A stretch of 64,000 nt of DNA from Octopus bimaculoides. Taxonomy: Eukaryota. The translations under genes and the position numbers were made by a program. Under the pieces are notes generated by a model, which saw only the letters and a program-made list of their open reading frames with translations, was not told where the DNA came from and ran no database searches. The first letter of the stretch is position 1; each line of letters begins with the position of its first letter. Location: the NCBI RefSeq assembly GCF_001194135.2, contig NC_068987.1, positions 13,599,454 through 13,663,453 on the forward strand, read 5' to 3'. Of this stretch, positions 11,721-25,700 are shown in pieces.

Positions 11721-12200
11721 TTAAGGCAACGAGCTGACAGAATCATTAGCACACCAGGCGAAATGCTTTGCGGTAGTTTGCCCATCACCACATTCTGATT
11801 TCAAATTCTACCAAGGTCGACTTTGCCTTTCATCCTTTCAAGGTCGATAAATTAAGTACCAGTGAAAACACTGGGGGTCAATGTAATCAACTAGACCACT
11901 CCCCACAAATTTGAGGCCTTGTGCCTCCAGTAGAAAGGATCGTTATTATTATTATTATCATTAAGGTGGCAAGCTGGCAGAAACATTAGCACGCCTGGCA
12001 AAATGCTTAGCTGCATTTCTTCTGGCTTTCTATGTCATGAGTTCAAATTCTGCCAAGATCAAATCTGCCTCTCACCCTTTCAAGAAATGATAAAATAAGA
12101 TACAAGTACTAGCATCTTTGCTATCAACCAGCCCTACCTCAACCCCCACCCAGTCCCCTTGAAGTTGCTGGCCTTGTGCCACGATTGGAAATAACTATTA
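11721..12200 (+). mobile_element. Two tandem family B copies joined by (ATT)n
   Basis: Units start ttaaggc/ttaaggtggcaagctggcagaa at 11721 and 11961. Confidence 0.85.
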
Positions 12201-13190
12201 TATAATCAATACCAGTAACTTTTGGTAGAGCAGGGCTTCTTTAGATGAATCCAAGACATTATGAGTGTCAATTTCATTAAGACTGGAATGTCAAAGGGTA
12301 AAGCCTGACTTAGGCAGAATTTGACATTTAAAAGTGTGATGAAGTGCCAAATCATCATGTAATAAGGTATAATGATTTCTTTATGAAGGCCCAAAAGGAC
12401 AGATCTACAGGGAGGAAGAAAAACTGATGATTGGATTAATGGTACCATTCAAAAGAATTGGTTCCAAGACGAGATCAAAACTACATCAAGAATTCTGCTT
12501 GCCAGAGCTTACCTCTTGTTGTATGGCACAAATGAATGAAAGGAGAAGAGGGAAGAAAAAGAAGAAAAGATAGAAAACAAAAAAGAAAAAGAACAACAGC
12601 AAGGTGATGATAATTTCTATTTTTAGAACTAAAATCTTGAATTTCAGATAATGGAGAAATAAGCTGTAGTGAACTTTATGTCTTCGGCAATAGCAGGAAC
12701 AAAACAAAGTAAACAGTTCTAACTTGAGAATTGAAGCTGCCATTCATTGCACAGACATAAATCTAAAGCTAAAATTATTTTAACAATATACACACACATT
12801 CTCCCCTACCCTACATTTAGATTAAAGGATTGACTACAAGGAAAACATCTTATGGCATATTAGAAGATGTATTTCTAAATAGTGTGACTGGAATAAGGAA
12901 GAAGAAACAAGCTCAAATTACACATGTATAATTATAAATACACGATGTTAGCACATTTTATTATGTGATTAAGGCTGAACCACCTAGTGTCAGTAAAAGA
13001 AGGAACTGGAGTGGTGCCATATCAAACAAAACAAGCGCATCAAACTCCATCTCAGTATTATTGGATAATACTGTGAAAGTTTTGATGCCAAATTTTGTCT
13101 GAGTTCCCTAAAATAAAAACAAAAATCCTATGAACTGAAGCTGGTTCGAAATAAAATTGTAGGAAAAAATGTACAGGGTTATGTACTTAC

Positions 13191-13265
13191 TTCTTGATTA
13201 GCATTAGATAATTCTTCTTCTAATACTGCAACTCGTTCCAAAGATACCCGTAGTCGTTCCCGGAC
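13191..13265 (-). CDS. PPFIA: Liprin-alpha internal coding exon (75 nt, phase 0/0): VRERLRVSLERVAVLEEELSNANQE
   Basis: Matches the expected continuation KALDEK|VRERLRVxLER. Acceptor catttcgttttag, donor GAA|gtaagt. Confidence 0.95.
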
Positions 13266-13544
13266 CTAAAACGAAATGTAAAACTCAACATGTAAAAGAG
13301 ATTCATACAAGTATATAGATTTATGCTATTGTAGCAATTAACATAAAGATGTCCTAAAATAATTTTTTTTTTTTTTTTTAAAGGGGGTAACTTAACTTTC
13401 AAGTAAAGTAATACAGCAAAAAACATATAGTGTCACTTGAACCAACACAGATTGTAGTGACACTTATAAGTTTTAGAGGTTAAACCAAATGGAGGTAAGC
13501 CATAAATGACAATGATATATGAAATTTAAAGAGATAGAGTCAGG

Positions 13545-13672
13545 GTCCATTTAGCTTAATGGTTAGAGCACTCAGCCTGTATGGGATTTGATATTCCATA
13601 GCCATCTGCTTTTTCAAAGTGGTGCCCTAGCATGGCCACAATCAAATGACTGAAACAAGTATATAAAAAAAA
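13545..13672 (+). mobile_element. Internally deleted SINE: tRNA-like head fused to a family A 3' tail
   Basis: tagcttaatggttagagca A-box, degenerate B-box, then ggtgccctagcatggccacaatcaaatgactgaaacaagta. Confidence 0.55.
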
Positions 13673-16200
13673 ATAAATAAAAAAAACACTGCAATCAAGG
13701 TAGTATAAAATTCTTTTAAACAACTCATTTCACCATTTGTGATTCATGAAAATCCTGGAGCAATACGTAAGTCTGTTTAACCCTTTTGATACCAATCTAC
13801 CTGAGACCACTAATCAATTGGCCCCCTCTCCAAAAATTTTGGGCCTTGTGCCTAGAGTAGAAAAGAATAGTTTTACAGTTTCTTGGAACATCAAATAATT
13901 TTCAAAAGTTCTTTTAGTGTGGGGCCAACCTCCCTTAACAATAGCATTTATTAACTGATCAAATGTGTACCAAAGATAATATGCTTTAAATGTTGCAGTA
14001 ACACCTGGGTCTGTTATTTGCAAAAGAGAAGTTTTATTGGGCAGCATAAATGTTAATCTAACTTTTGAATGGTGGTGCTATAGAAATTGCAAATAAATGG
14101 CATTATCTTTGATTAGTAACACATGAATGCTTCTTTTATATTTTGATATTTCTTTCATTTCATATATAAAGTAATGCAAAAAAAAAAAAATCTATCTCCA
14201 AAAATGCATTAGTAACCCAAGCATTTTTTGCTTTCCATATCAACGGAAACACAGCCCTATGAAATCTTTAAGTGCCCTTGGATTTTCAACACAGTGCATG
14301 GGGGTCTTAGTCTCCAGTTACATTACTTCTAAACAATAACATTAACAGATATTTAAATATTTTAAAACCTGAAAAGTGGTATCAATGACTTTTCTTTCGC
14401 AATCTGGATTGTTGCTGGCATGTGCTTCCAAACAAGTGAATTTCAACTACAGTAACAATTTGTGAGAATATTAACAAGAAATAACAGACACCATTGACTA
14501 ACTAATGCAAATAAAATTTCCAAGATAAATCTTAAACAGTGTTCTTGGAGTTTTCTGTTCATTTATAATTTCATATTTAGTTTCTAAAGTTATTCTTTAT
14601 ATTATCAACAGCATTTATCATTGTGCAATCCTTTTGTTTTGAAATACTGGAATGATGAATTCACTGAGAACTTCTCAGACAAAATTGTAATGTAGAGATT
14701 GCAGACACAATGTGCAAACTCGATATCAATATGTAAGCGAACTGAATGGCTTAATGAAACAAACAGTTAGGTGGATATTATCGATGTGGATTTCAGTAAT
14801 TGAACATTTAAAGAAACCCTTATCGAAGTTGAGCATTTATTTTCCACAATTTTTAAACTTACACTTTTACAATTTATTTTTTTTAAATCGTTACAATAGT
14901 AGAACATTAAGGAAAGTGCAGCTGCATATAACAAGTCAACAGACAAATCATTGTCTTATTAATTCATGTATTTCTAAATGAGTATCTTTATTTGGTCTCC
15001 TCAATACTAAAGCTATTTAAAATGAGATTCTTAATGCATATTCCTACAGATACTGAACCTTATCACTGGAAGCTCAATATTTAACCATAAAACCTTTCTT
15101 GTACAGTCCAGAAACCCAACAAATGAGAACTGATAGCTTTCTCATGTGTGCAGACGCATGCATGCGCACATGCACACACACACACACACACTAAATCATT
15201 ACATGGACACATTGACAAGACATAGCAAGGGCGGATGGGGGGGAAAAAAAAAAAAAAGAAAACAAGAAAATGCCAGGGAGAGCTGTCACTTTTTCCCTGG
15301 TGTTTGTCAGTATCCCTGTCACTTTTCCCTTGATGTCTGTCAGTGTCCACACCGAGGTTTAATCTATATAAATGTATTCTTTGACAACTATAACTTAATC
15401 ATGAACCACATGTGGGCGTGGGGATATATATATATATATATATATATATANNNNNNNNNNNNNNNNNNNNNNNNNNNNNNNNNNNNNNNNNNNNNNNNNN
15501 NNNNNNNNNNNNNNNNNNNNNNNNNNNNNNNNNNNNNNNNNNNNNNNNNNNNNNNNNNNNNNNNNNNNNNNNNNNNNNNNNNNNNNNNNNNNNNNNNNNN
15601 NNNNNNNNNNNNNNNNNNNNNNNNNNNNNNNNNNNNNNNNNNNNNNNNNNNNNNNNNNNNNNNNNNNNNNNNNNNNNNNNNNNNNNNNNNNNNNNNNNNN
15701 NNNNNNNNNNNNNNNNNNNNNNNNNNNNNNNNNNNNNNNNNNNNNNNNNNNNNNNNNNNNNNNNNNNNNNNNNNNNNNNNNNNNNNNNNNNNNNNNNNNN
15801 NNNNNNNNNNNNNNNNNNNNNNNNNNNNNNNNNNNNNNNNNNNNNNNNNNNNNNNNNNNNNNNNNNNNNNNNNNNNNNNNNNNNNNNNNNNNNNNNNNNN
15901 NNNNNNNNNNNNNNNNNNNNNNNNNNNNNNNNNNNNNNNNNNNNNNNNNNNNNNNNNNNNNNNNNNNNNNNNNNNNNNNNNNNNNNNNNNNNNNNNNNNN
16001 NNNNNNNNNNNNNNNNNNNNNNNNNNNNNNNNNNNNNNNNNNNNNNNNNNNNNNNNNNNNNNNNNNNNNNNNNNNNNNNNNNNNNNNNNNNNNNNNNNNN
16101 NNNNNNNNNNNNNNNNNNNNNNNNNNNNNNNNNNNNNNNNNNNNNNNNNNNNNNNNNNNNNNNNNNNNNNNNNNNNNNNNNNNNNNNNNNNNNNNNNNNN

Positions 16201-16250
<50 letters not shown>

Positions 16251-16680
16251 GTCTAGCTGTGAGAAGGCATTACATTTCTTGGAAACAAATGAGGTTTGGT
16301 GACAGGAAGAGCAAATGGCTGTAGAAATTCTACAACCATGGAAAAGTGGGCATCAAATGATGATGATATATTTAAGGTGGTGCTCCAGCATGGCCACAGT
16401 CAAATGACTGAAAAGAATAAAAGTGTATATATATATATAATATTATGTCATCTTCCAGTAAGGTAAGGTAATATCTTTCCATGAGCAGACATGTTTACAT
16501 GGAAGACTGGAAATGCAAGACACCACTTGCATGACAATGACACTCATTTACAACTATTACACAATGTCAAGGCGAAGAGACAGTAACACATACACACACA
16601 CACACACAACCATACATGCACATGCACACACAAATATACAAATATACACACATCTACACATGCACTTTTATACATACACA

Positions 16681-16844
16681 CATGATGGGTTTCTTTCAGT
16701 TCTTGCTTACCAAATCCACCGACAAGGCTTAGGTCAACCCAGTGCTATAGAAGACACTTGCCCAAGGTACAACACAGTGGGATTGAACCCAAGATCACAT
16801 GGTTGGGAAGCAAGCCTCTTAACCACACAGCAACCCCTGAACCT
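16681..16844 (-). mobile_element. SINE family A 5' part
   Basis: ctaccaaatccac...gaagacacttgcccaagg...accacacagc block. Confidence 0.8.
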
Positions 16845-17416
16845 ATATATATATATATATACATAAGTATATAACCCGACACAGCATGAGCATGGAAAAC
16901 GGATGTTAAATGATGATAATCTCTCTCTCTCTCTCTCACACACACAATCTTCCTTATGCATAAACTTCTATGACTTATTGACGTTTAAAATTCTCTTAAC
17001 TTTTTTGTTTTCCTTTTTGACTGTTCCCAGCCAAATATATTCAGGTAAATATCTAAATATCATTTCCCTGAGACCACTGTTGAAATTAGATTCCTTTGTT
17101 GAATAAATATTTCAATATCTTCTCTTAATAGAATAAAATCAGTTCTGAAACTGTAGGGCATATTCGGGTTATTCAGTGTCTAAATAATAAGATATGACAG
17201 ATTAAATATTAGATGGGATTTATTTTGTTTAGGCAATTAATTGGAAGGGAATAAAGACAGGACAAAAAGAATTACTCGAATAAATAAAGATTGAGAATTA
17301 TTTAAAGATAATTCAATGCAGATTGCATTTCAAGCTGGTGAAGTAAGATGCATACGACAGCTATATATCATAAGGGAAGAGAAATTGAGTATTAGACACA
17401 CTGGTTAGTAAACAGT

Positions 17417-17449
<33 letters not shown>

Positions 17450-17519
17450 TTTATATAATTTTTATATTTCTCTTTCTATAAATCAGTGGATAAGATTTGG
17501 TATTATGATAATCTTTTCT

Positions 17520-18145
17520 ATGACAGGTACAAGGGGCTAGTCAATTATACAAACCCCAGTGTGTAATTCATAGTTACTTCATCCACCCTGAAAGGATGAA
17601 AGGTGAAGTTGACCTCGGTGGAATCTAAACTCAGAGCATAAAGCCAGATGAAACGTTGTCAAGCATTTTGTCCATTGTGCTAGCAATTCTGCCAACTTGC
17701 CACCATGATGATGATGATCCTTTCCTATTATAGGCACAAGGCCTGAAATTTTAGGGAGGAGCCAGCCAGTTGATTAAACTTGACTCCAGCATGTAAGTGG
17801 TACTTATTTCATCAACCTCAAAAGGATGAAAGGCAAAGTTGACTTTGGCAGAATTTGAGCTCAGAACATAAATCCAACAAACAAAATGCTAACAATACTG
17901 CCAGCTTGCCATTTTAATAATAATAATAATAATAATAATAGTTTCAGATTCTGGCACAAGGTCAGCAATTTCAGGGGAGGGCACAAGTCGATTACATTGA
18001 CCCCACTGCTCAACAGGTACTTATTTTATTGACCCCGAAAGGATGAAAGGCAAAATAAATCATTGCAGAATTTGAACTCAGAACATAAAACCAGCTGTAA
18101 TGTCACTAAGCATCTTGTCCAACATGTTAATGGTTCTGCTGGCTC
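17520..18145 (-). mobile_element. Tandem array of three family B copies
   Basis: Three aaaggatgaaagg blocks separated by (TGA)n and (TAA)n linkers. Confidence 0.85.
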
Positions 18146-18184
18146 ACCGAAAGAAGAAGAAGAAGAAGAAAGCAAGAAGAGGAG

Positions 18185-18299
18185 GAGGTGAGGTGGCTGA
18201 AGGGAGGATGTGGCTGAGGGGGATGAGGGGGTGGCTGAGAGGGACAAGGGGGAGGATGTGGCTGAAGGGGACTAGGGGGAAAGGATGTGGCTGATGGAG
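18185..18299. repeat. G-rich minisatellite (gtggctga(g)n.ggat) running into a gap
   Basis: Five gtggctga units are visible before the N run at 18300. Confidence 0.8.
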
Positions 18300-18998
18300 N
18301 NNNNNNNNNNNNNNNNNNNNNNNNNNNNNNNNNNNNNNNNNNNNNNNNNNNNNNNNNNNNNNNNNNNNNNNNNNNNNNNNNNNNNNNNNNNNNNNNNNNN
18401 NNNNNNNNNNNNNNNNNNNNNNNNNNNNNNNNNNNNNNNNNNNNNNNNNNNNNNNNNNNNNNNNNNNNNNNNNNNNNNNNNNNNNNNNNNNNNNNNNNNN
18501 NNNNNNNNNNNNNNNNNNNNNNNNNNNNNNNNNNNNNNNNNNNNNNNNNNNNNNNNNNNNNNNNNNNNNNNNNNNNNNNNNNNNNNNNNNNNNNNNNNNN
18601 NNNNNNNNNNNNNNNNNNNNNNNNNNNNNNNNNNNNNNNNNNNNNNNNNNNNNNNNNNNNNNNNNNNNNNNNNNNNNNNNNNNNNNNNNNNNNNNNNNNN
18701 NNNNNNNNNNNNNNNNNNNNNNNNNNNNNNNNNNNNNNNNNNNNNNNNNNNNNNNNNNNNNNNNNNNNNNNNNNNNNNNNNNNNNNNNNNNNNNNNNNNN
18801 NNNNNNNNNNNNNNNNNNNNNNNNNNNNNNNNNNNNNNNNNNNNNNNNNNNNNNNNNNNNNNNNNNNNNNNNNNNNNNNNNNNNNNNNNNNNNNNNNNNN
18901 NNNNNNNNNNNNNNNNNNNNNNNNNNNNNNNNNNNNNNNNNNNNNNNNNNNNNNNNNNNNNNNNNNNNNNNNNNNNNNNNNNNNNNNNNNNNNNNNNN

Positions 18999-19042
<44 letters not shown>

Positions 19043-19904
19043 GCGTGTGCGCGCATGTTACTATCTCCTTGCCTTGACTTCATGTGGTAGTTGTAAAACG
19101 ACTTATCGCCATGGACGTAGTGTACTTCATTTCCAATCTTCCACTGGCATGGAAACAAGCGAAGATTAGTGGTAGGAAAGGCATTTGTCTGTAAAAATTT
19201 GGCCTCAAAAAATTCCATCAAACCCATGCAAGCATGGAAAAATTGGATGTTACATGATAATGATGGTGGCAAAACATGTAAACTCCGAAAATGTCTCAAA
19301 AGAATCTTATGTTCTTACTAAATCAACATGCTCGTTTTTCTTCATTTTTTTCTTTTTGTACCTTTTTTCTTTCTAAATTACATGATTTAATTGTGCATCA
19401 ATTTGTAATAAAATTTGTAAGTGCCTATAAGCAAATTTCTCTAATTGAGGATGATTAGGGAGTAAATTTAAATATTTAATTACTATTCGACAAAGCGAGG
19501 CAATGAGGAATGAGTGCATAAATCAACAGCTCAGAATGCAGATTGTATATTTATCATCTGACTCGATCTGGTTAGAAGGCTTTTATCAATTTCTGTTGCA
19601 ATGCTATAGTATTTCAAATCTGTTTAACTGACAGTAAAACAATAGCATGTAGAAAATGCAACCATAAACTAATGCACTCAGAGAGCCCTTAAAGGGTCCA
19701 AAGTTATCTTAGAAGAGTGCTTTTTCTGAATCTATACAGTAATTTCTGACTTAGGTACGGGGACAATTTTCAAAGGAGAAAGAATATAGGCATGGCTATC
19801 ATCATCGTTTAACGTCTTTCTTCCATGCTGATATGGGTTGGATGGTTTGTCAGGAGCCAGCCAGGCAGGAGTTTGCACTAACTTTCTGTGTCTGTTTTTG
19901 GCAG

Positions 19905-20323
19905 GGTTAACCTTGTGGTTTTGGGTTCAGTCCCACTGTGTGGTACTTTCTACTATGACTCCAGGTTGACCAGTGTCTTGTGAGTGAATTTGATAGGAGG
20001 AAACTATGTGGACGCCTGTCATATATGTATGTGTGTGTGACACTTGCTACTATAGCCCTGGATCGACCAAAGTCTTGTGAGTAAATTTGGTAGATAGAAA
20101 CTATGTAGAAGCCTGTATGTGTGTGTATGTCTTTGTATGCTTCCATCAGGGAAGCATACAAAGACAATTGATGATGATTTGTTTTCATCCCCCATAACTT
20201 AGCAGTTCGGCAAAAGATAGCAATAGAGTAAGAGCCAGTCTTTAAAAAAAAAAACAGAAATAGTATCAGAATCTGGTGGTGCCTCAGTGTGGCCACAGTC
20301 AAGTGACTGAAACAAGTATAAGA
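19905..20323 (+). mobile_element. SINE family A, diverged, partly duplicated head
   Basis: ggttcagtcccact head, two CORE-region copies, tail ...gtgactgaaacaagta. Confidence 0.75.
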
Positions 20324-20340
20324 CGGTGTATTGTATAATA

Positions 20341-20730
20341 CTCTTTTACTTGTTTCAGTCAGTTGGCTGTGGCCATGCTGGAGCACCGCCTTTAGTTGAG
20401 CAAATTGACCCCAGAACTTATTCTTTGTAAGCCTAGTACTTATTCTATTGGTCTCTTTTGCCGAACCGCTAAGTTACAGGGACGTAAACACATCAGCATC
20501 GGTTGTCAAGCAATGTTGGGGAGACAAACACAGACACACAAACATATATATATACATATACATATATACGACGGGTTTCTTTCAGTTTCCGTCTACCAAA
20601 TCCACTCAATGCTTTGGTTGGCTCGAGGCTATAGTAGAAGACACTTGCCCAAGGTGCCACACAGTGGGAATGAACCCGGAACCATGTGGTTGGTAAGCAA
20701 GCTACTTACCACACAGCCACTCCTACACCT
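20341..20730 (-). mobile_element. SINE family A, full length
   Basis: Complete tail-to-head consensus with an internal (CA/TA)n tract. Confidence 0.9.
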
Positions 20731-22629
20731 AATACTGATAATTATTTTATTACAACCCAAAGATAAGAACGAAAAAGGAAACCTAGCAAAATGACCTCAG
20801 ACCCTGAAGGAAGAGAAAAAAACATTAGGTGTTATGTTTGTTGTTCTCAGTCAATTTTACTGCCTTTAATTAAAATTCATTTTATAAAAATATAAGGCAT
20901 TATAAAAAGAAAGAAAAACATTTAATTAACCTAATTAAAATTATTTGAATTTACAGACAAATCTATTTGATTCCACTGCACAGTTTTTTGTCTCCAAGCA
21001 GAATTTGGCAGACAAAATCTTTGCAGAAAACCTGTCCCCCACCCCCACTATCACTTCCGCTCTCTCTCTCTCTCTCTCTCTCTCTATTTATGTCATAATC
21101 CTTTACTCCCCATAGCTTAGCATTTCACCAAATGTACATCAATAAAACAAGTGCCAGCAAAATGAGTTCAAGACTCAACATATTCAAGTAAAGCTTTGAA
21201 GGCAGCCCCCTCCACCAGCATTGGTGCAGTGTGATGACTGAAACCAATACTCTCTTTACTCTTATACTCGTTTCAGTCATTTGACTGTGGCCATGCTGGA
21301 GCACCGTAATAGTTTATCATTTATTGTCATCGTCATTGATTAACATCTATTTCCCCCATGCTACCAGAAGTTGGGCAGGTTTGTTCCAGCACAGCATCTT
21401 GTAACTTATAGTCTGTCATCATCTAACACAAACATGGCAGAGAAAATTGTCAGCTTTTACAAACTTTAAGCCAGTTCAAATACATTTGTGACATATTTAA
21501 AGGCAATTTCACTGCAGTTTACAATGTAGGAAAAAATTCCTGCTTATGTCAAAAGGCATAAAAATAGCATTATCATCTTAGTGGTGTCCCCTCTTGGACT
21601 CCTAGATGCATTTCTGATTCCTTAACTTTGCTCAGTAAGAGATACTGAAGAGAGATGATGCTGAGCTGATTAGAAAGGCATAGCTTTATAACAAAACAGT
21701 GAATGCTAGTGACTAACTTGCTCTTGCACGGTGAGACCAAATACAGTAGTAGCAATGCAAAGCAGTTCAAGCTAGTTCAAATATGTTTATGACTATTGTT
21801 GCCAACTTCAAGTTCCTTTAATAGCTGGACGTTGTTCCTATCACCAACCACTCTACAGCATGGGCAAGTTGCATTGTTTTGCTTGTATGTGAGGGAGTTG
21901 TCTCCAAGGTCTAGAGTGTCTGCCCAACCACACTATTGGATTACATCTTCTTCATGTGAAACCTGGTATTAATTTACAATAATGATTCCTCTCCAAGAAT
22001 ATTTGTTATAAAATCACCTGTTGACTGATTATTTTACAACAATGTCGAGAAAAACATGGAAACAAGTAATTGATATTAATGTTTTTGTCAGTTTGGCCTT
22101 TGAGTAACAAAGGGAAAGAATGAAGGAAAATAAACCATTCAGTTTATGAAAGACTTCACAAAATTCTATTGTTAGAATGACAAGTGATAAAAGCATTATG
22201 AAGTAATATTCCAGTGTGTGATGCCAAAGCAAGTCATTTTCTACAATGGATCTGTAGATGTCACACCTTCTGCACTTTTACTAGTTTTAGCTACTTAACT
22301 GTGGCCATGCTAGGGCACCACCTTAACTGGTTTTAATCAAATACATTAAACACAAACTCCAGTACTCAATCTGGTACTCTTCATCCTTTCATTGTTTTAA
22401 CATCCACTTTTCCATGCTTGCATGAGTCAGATGGATGTTGTTGAGGTGGGTTTTCTATCGCTAGATGCCCTTCCATTCACCAGCCTTCACCTACTTCTAA
22501 GTACAGTAGTATTGCTCCATGACAAAACATAACTTCACGGAAGATTGGAAATGGAGGACACTGCTTGTATAAGAGTGCCACTTGTTTACACCTATTGTGC
22601 AAAGTCAAGCAAAGAGACCAGCAAAACAC

Positions 22630-22797
22630 ACACAAATAGACTTCTGTCAGTTTCTGTCTACCAAATCCACTCACAAGGATTTGGTCATCCCAAGGATATA
22701 GTAGGAGACACTTGCCCAAGGTGCCATGCAGTGGGACTGAACCCAAAACCATATGGTTGGTAAGGAAACTTCTTACTATGCAACTATACCTGCACCT
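22630..22797 (-). mobile_element. SINE family A 5' part
   Basis: Same head/CORE block as the other copies. Confidence 0.8.
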
Positions 22798-25700
22798 ATT
22801 TATGCATTTTATGGAATAATGAGATCCACTTATTTAGTTGTCTTACATACCTTTATAGACTAAAAACAAAGCATTTATATCATCTTACTCCATTACACAC
22901 ACTTGTAAGCTGTAAAATGCACTGAGACATACACAACACTAATGTTGCTCAGTTTTCTCTATTGCTATGAGCAAAACAACACATGCTGCAGTAACAAACT
23001 GAACCATGCCAACATGGATAAAAGGATATAAAATGATGATACAACAGTCTTTCATACAGTATCCACTTAGCAAATTTTATTTGGAAGATACCATAATGGA
23101 AGATAAACATAATAGAAGATACATTGTCCAATATACTGCCTGCTGAGATCAAATGCTGAACCAAGTGATTGTGGAACACTCTTTAACCACACAACCATGT
23201 CTACTAGTTATTCAGTATTCCATCCAATATTTTTAATGTTTATAGAAGCAAGAATAAATTACAACTCCTACACTACCTTTTACTTCCTCTCTATTCTTAA
23301 CAATCCTGCAAAACCAGGTACACTGAGGGCGTTTACCCCATATCATATATCAAAGGTTTGTTGCTCTTTGGAAAACATCAAAAGAAAAGGCAGAGTTGCT
23401 TCACCTCACATCAGGAAGAAAGGGCCTTAATTGCACTGTACAAGACAATTTGGTAAAGCTCCAGGTTCCACCTACCACTAATTGAGAGAATGGGAAATGT
23501 TCTGACAGAGTACTCCATCGCAGCACGTACTGGCAAAACTCCAAGACTATGTCAGATCTCTTGCATTCTTTCTTAAGATTAACAGCTTCGTTACTGCCAA
23601 TCACATTCACAACCCCCCATGTCAATGAGATCATTCAAACAACTCTGTTATTTTAATCACAGAATCTCCTACCCATGTGCCAGCTTAACTCCTGATAGAT
23701 AACCTCCTGCACATCCTCTGTGAATGGGATCCTTTGCAACCAAGGATCCTCTTCAACAGTAACAAAACACAAACAACATACACCCACACACCTACGTACA
23801 TTGCCCCCAAAGTGAAAGTTGTTGAGTAACTTTAGGTCTTTTCAATCACAGCCAAGTTGGTGATTGACAGTATAAGGTAGCCAGTCAAGTGGCTATGGTA
23901 TGTGCGACTCACAGAACTACTCTGCCAGACAATACTTATGAGATGCAGTGTAGAAATATGTTGATGAAATATAAAGCATCATTGCTTTCATCAAGATGGA
24001 AAAGCAGATAATATGTTCATTCATCTAAATGCATTTAATGTTAACAATATTAATCAAGAAATAAAGGTTTAAAATTGTTTTTGAATGAGTTTGATATTAG
24101 TACTAGTTAAATACTATAGTAGGTATAACTAGCTACTTTACCAATTCCACTAAATTAAAGGCCCTGTGCTTACATTGGAGACCAGTCAAGTATAATAAAA
24201 GATTGGTTCATTACCTCTCTTTCATCAGGAACACACAAAAAAAAAAAAAAACAATTAAAAATACAGTCAAATGCTGCAACTAAATTTTAAGTTTCATGTA
24301 TGAAAAATATACTTTGGCATAGCTTGGTACATAGTTCCAACATTTTTATATTTTTAGAAAGAATTTTGGTATTTATTTAAAATCTTTAAGGGTTTAAGCA
24401 CCAACAAGAAGAAAAACATGTCATATATTACAAAATTCCACTATACTAATTTAGATTGAATAGATAAATGTAAATCTCTGGTATGGGTGGGTAGGAACTA
24501 AAATAAAACAACATGCTTTAGTTTTAGAGATTGACACATATTACTCCTACTACTAGTACTACTACTTCACAGAGAGTATGCAAATGAAATTCAAAGTATT
24601 TTATCAAATATCTTTCTCACAGCTGACTCTTTTTTTTTTTCAGAGTAAACCGAAAAAAAAAAAAAGTTTCAGAAAAGAACTATGAATGCACTGAAATCTA
24701 AAGATCAAAGTAAGATGAAACTTCTTCCTCTAAAAATCCATTAATAATGATGGGGAGTAGTTAAAATATTTTGAAATACAAATATTAAATGTTATACTAA
24801 TATTTATATAATAGCCCATCTGTGGAATATCATCTAATGGTAAAAGACATGGTAAAAGACATTAGACTTACCCAAAGAGTTTTTTAAAAAAATTTTTAAA
24901 CCTCATAGAAAATAAGAAATTCTAGAAAGATACCTTTGAAAAAAAAAAAAAAACCAAAAAAACATCTTTGAAAATAAAATACTATTATCAAAAGTGTAAA
25001 GATAACTAAATAAAACAGTTGATGCTATCTATTAATATTAAAGCTTAATATTTTATAACAAATGAAAAGAATGCTACAAATATATTTGCATTTAAAGTCA
25101 TTTTTTTCAGAAACTATGAATATATTAAATTTGCTGATAAATATTTTTAGCACCTAGGTGTATTATAAAACATGTGCAAAAATGAGATAAATTTTGAAGA
25201 AGCAGTCTCTATAGAATGCAAGTAGAAGCAAATCACATGTATTGATAAGATGTTAAACCTACAGCTTATGGATAGTAAACACACAGCCAGCGCAGGTGTT
25301 CTGCTGCATGTATGGACAGGAGAACATGTAATTAACAATAGGCATGAGCAACAGGAATAGGTACAAGATCTTATGGGAATAAATACATTGTAAAGACAAG
25401 CATCCTAACCATAAACAGGGTCATCTCTCACCTGCTTAATGTTATACAGCATTTGAAGCAAAGCACTGGCTTCTGAAGACACCATGTTATGATGTACCGT
25501 AATATCATCAAGTCATAATATATGCATGTTAGAAGAATATGTAACCAATGTAGTTACCTATAAACATAAATAATACAGGAAATACATTATCAACCATATC
25601 TTTATTGCAAAGTTGCTGTTATCCTTTATCAGTTCAACTGGAAAGTCGAACTTTTTAAGGTCAAATTTTCAAATCTAACAGCCAGTATTCCAATAACTTG

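Noticed and set aside
13545-13600. tRNA-like sequence with a strong A-box
   Set aside because: No cloverleaf or intact T-arm, and it is fused to a SINE tail; a SINE head, not a tRNA gene.
15146-16324. Long ORF-track entries spanning N runs or microsatellites (also 18127-19299, 30245-31366, 41492-42264, 56135-56815 and others)
   Set aside because: Artefacts of gaps translated as X and of dinucleotide repeats; no protein-like content.
23380-23460. CFTSHQEERALIALYKTI, resembling CR1 reverse transcriptase (also KDLGV near 52990 on the minus strand)
   Set aside because: Too short and degenerate to call without a profile search.
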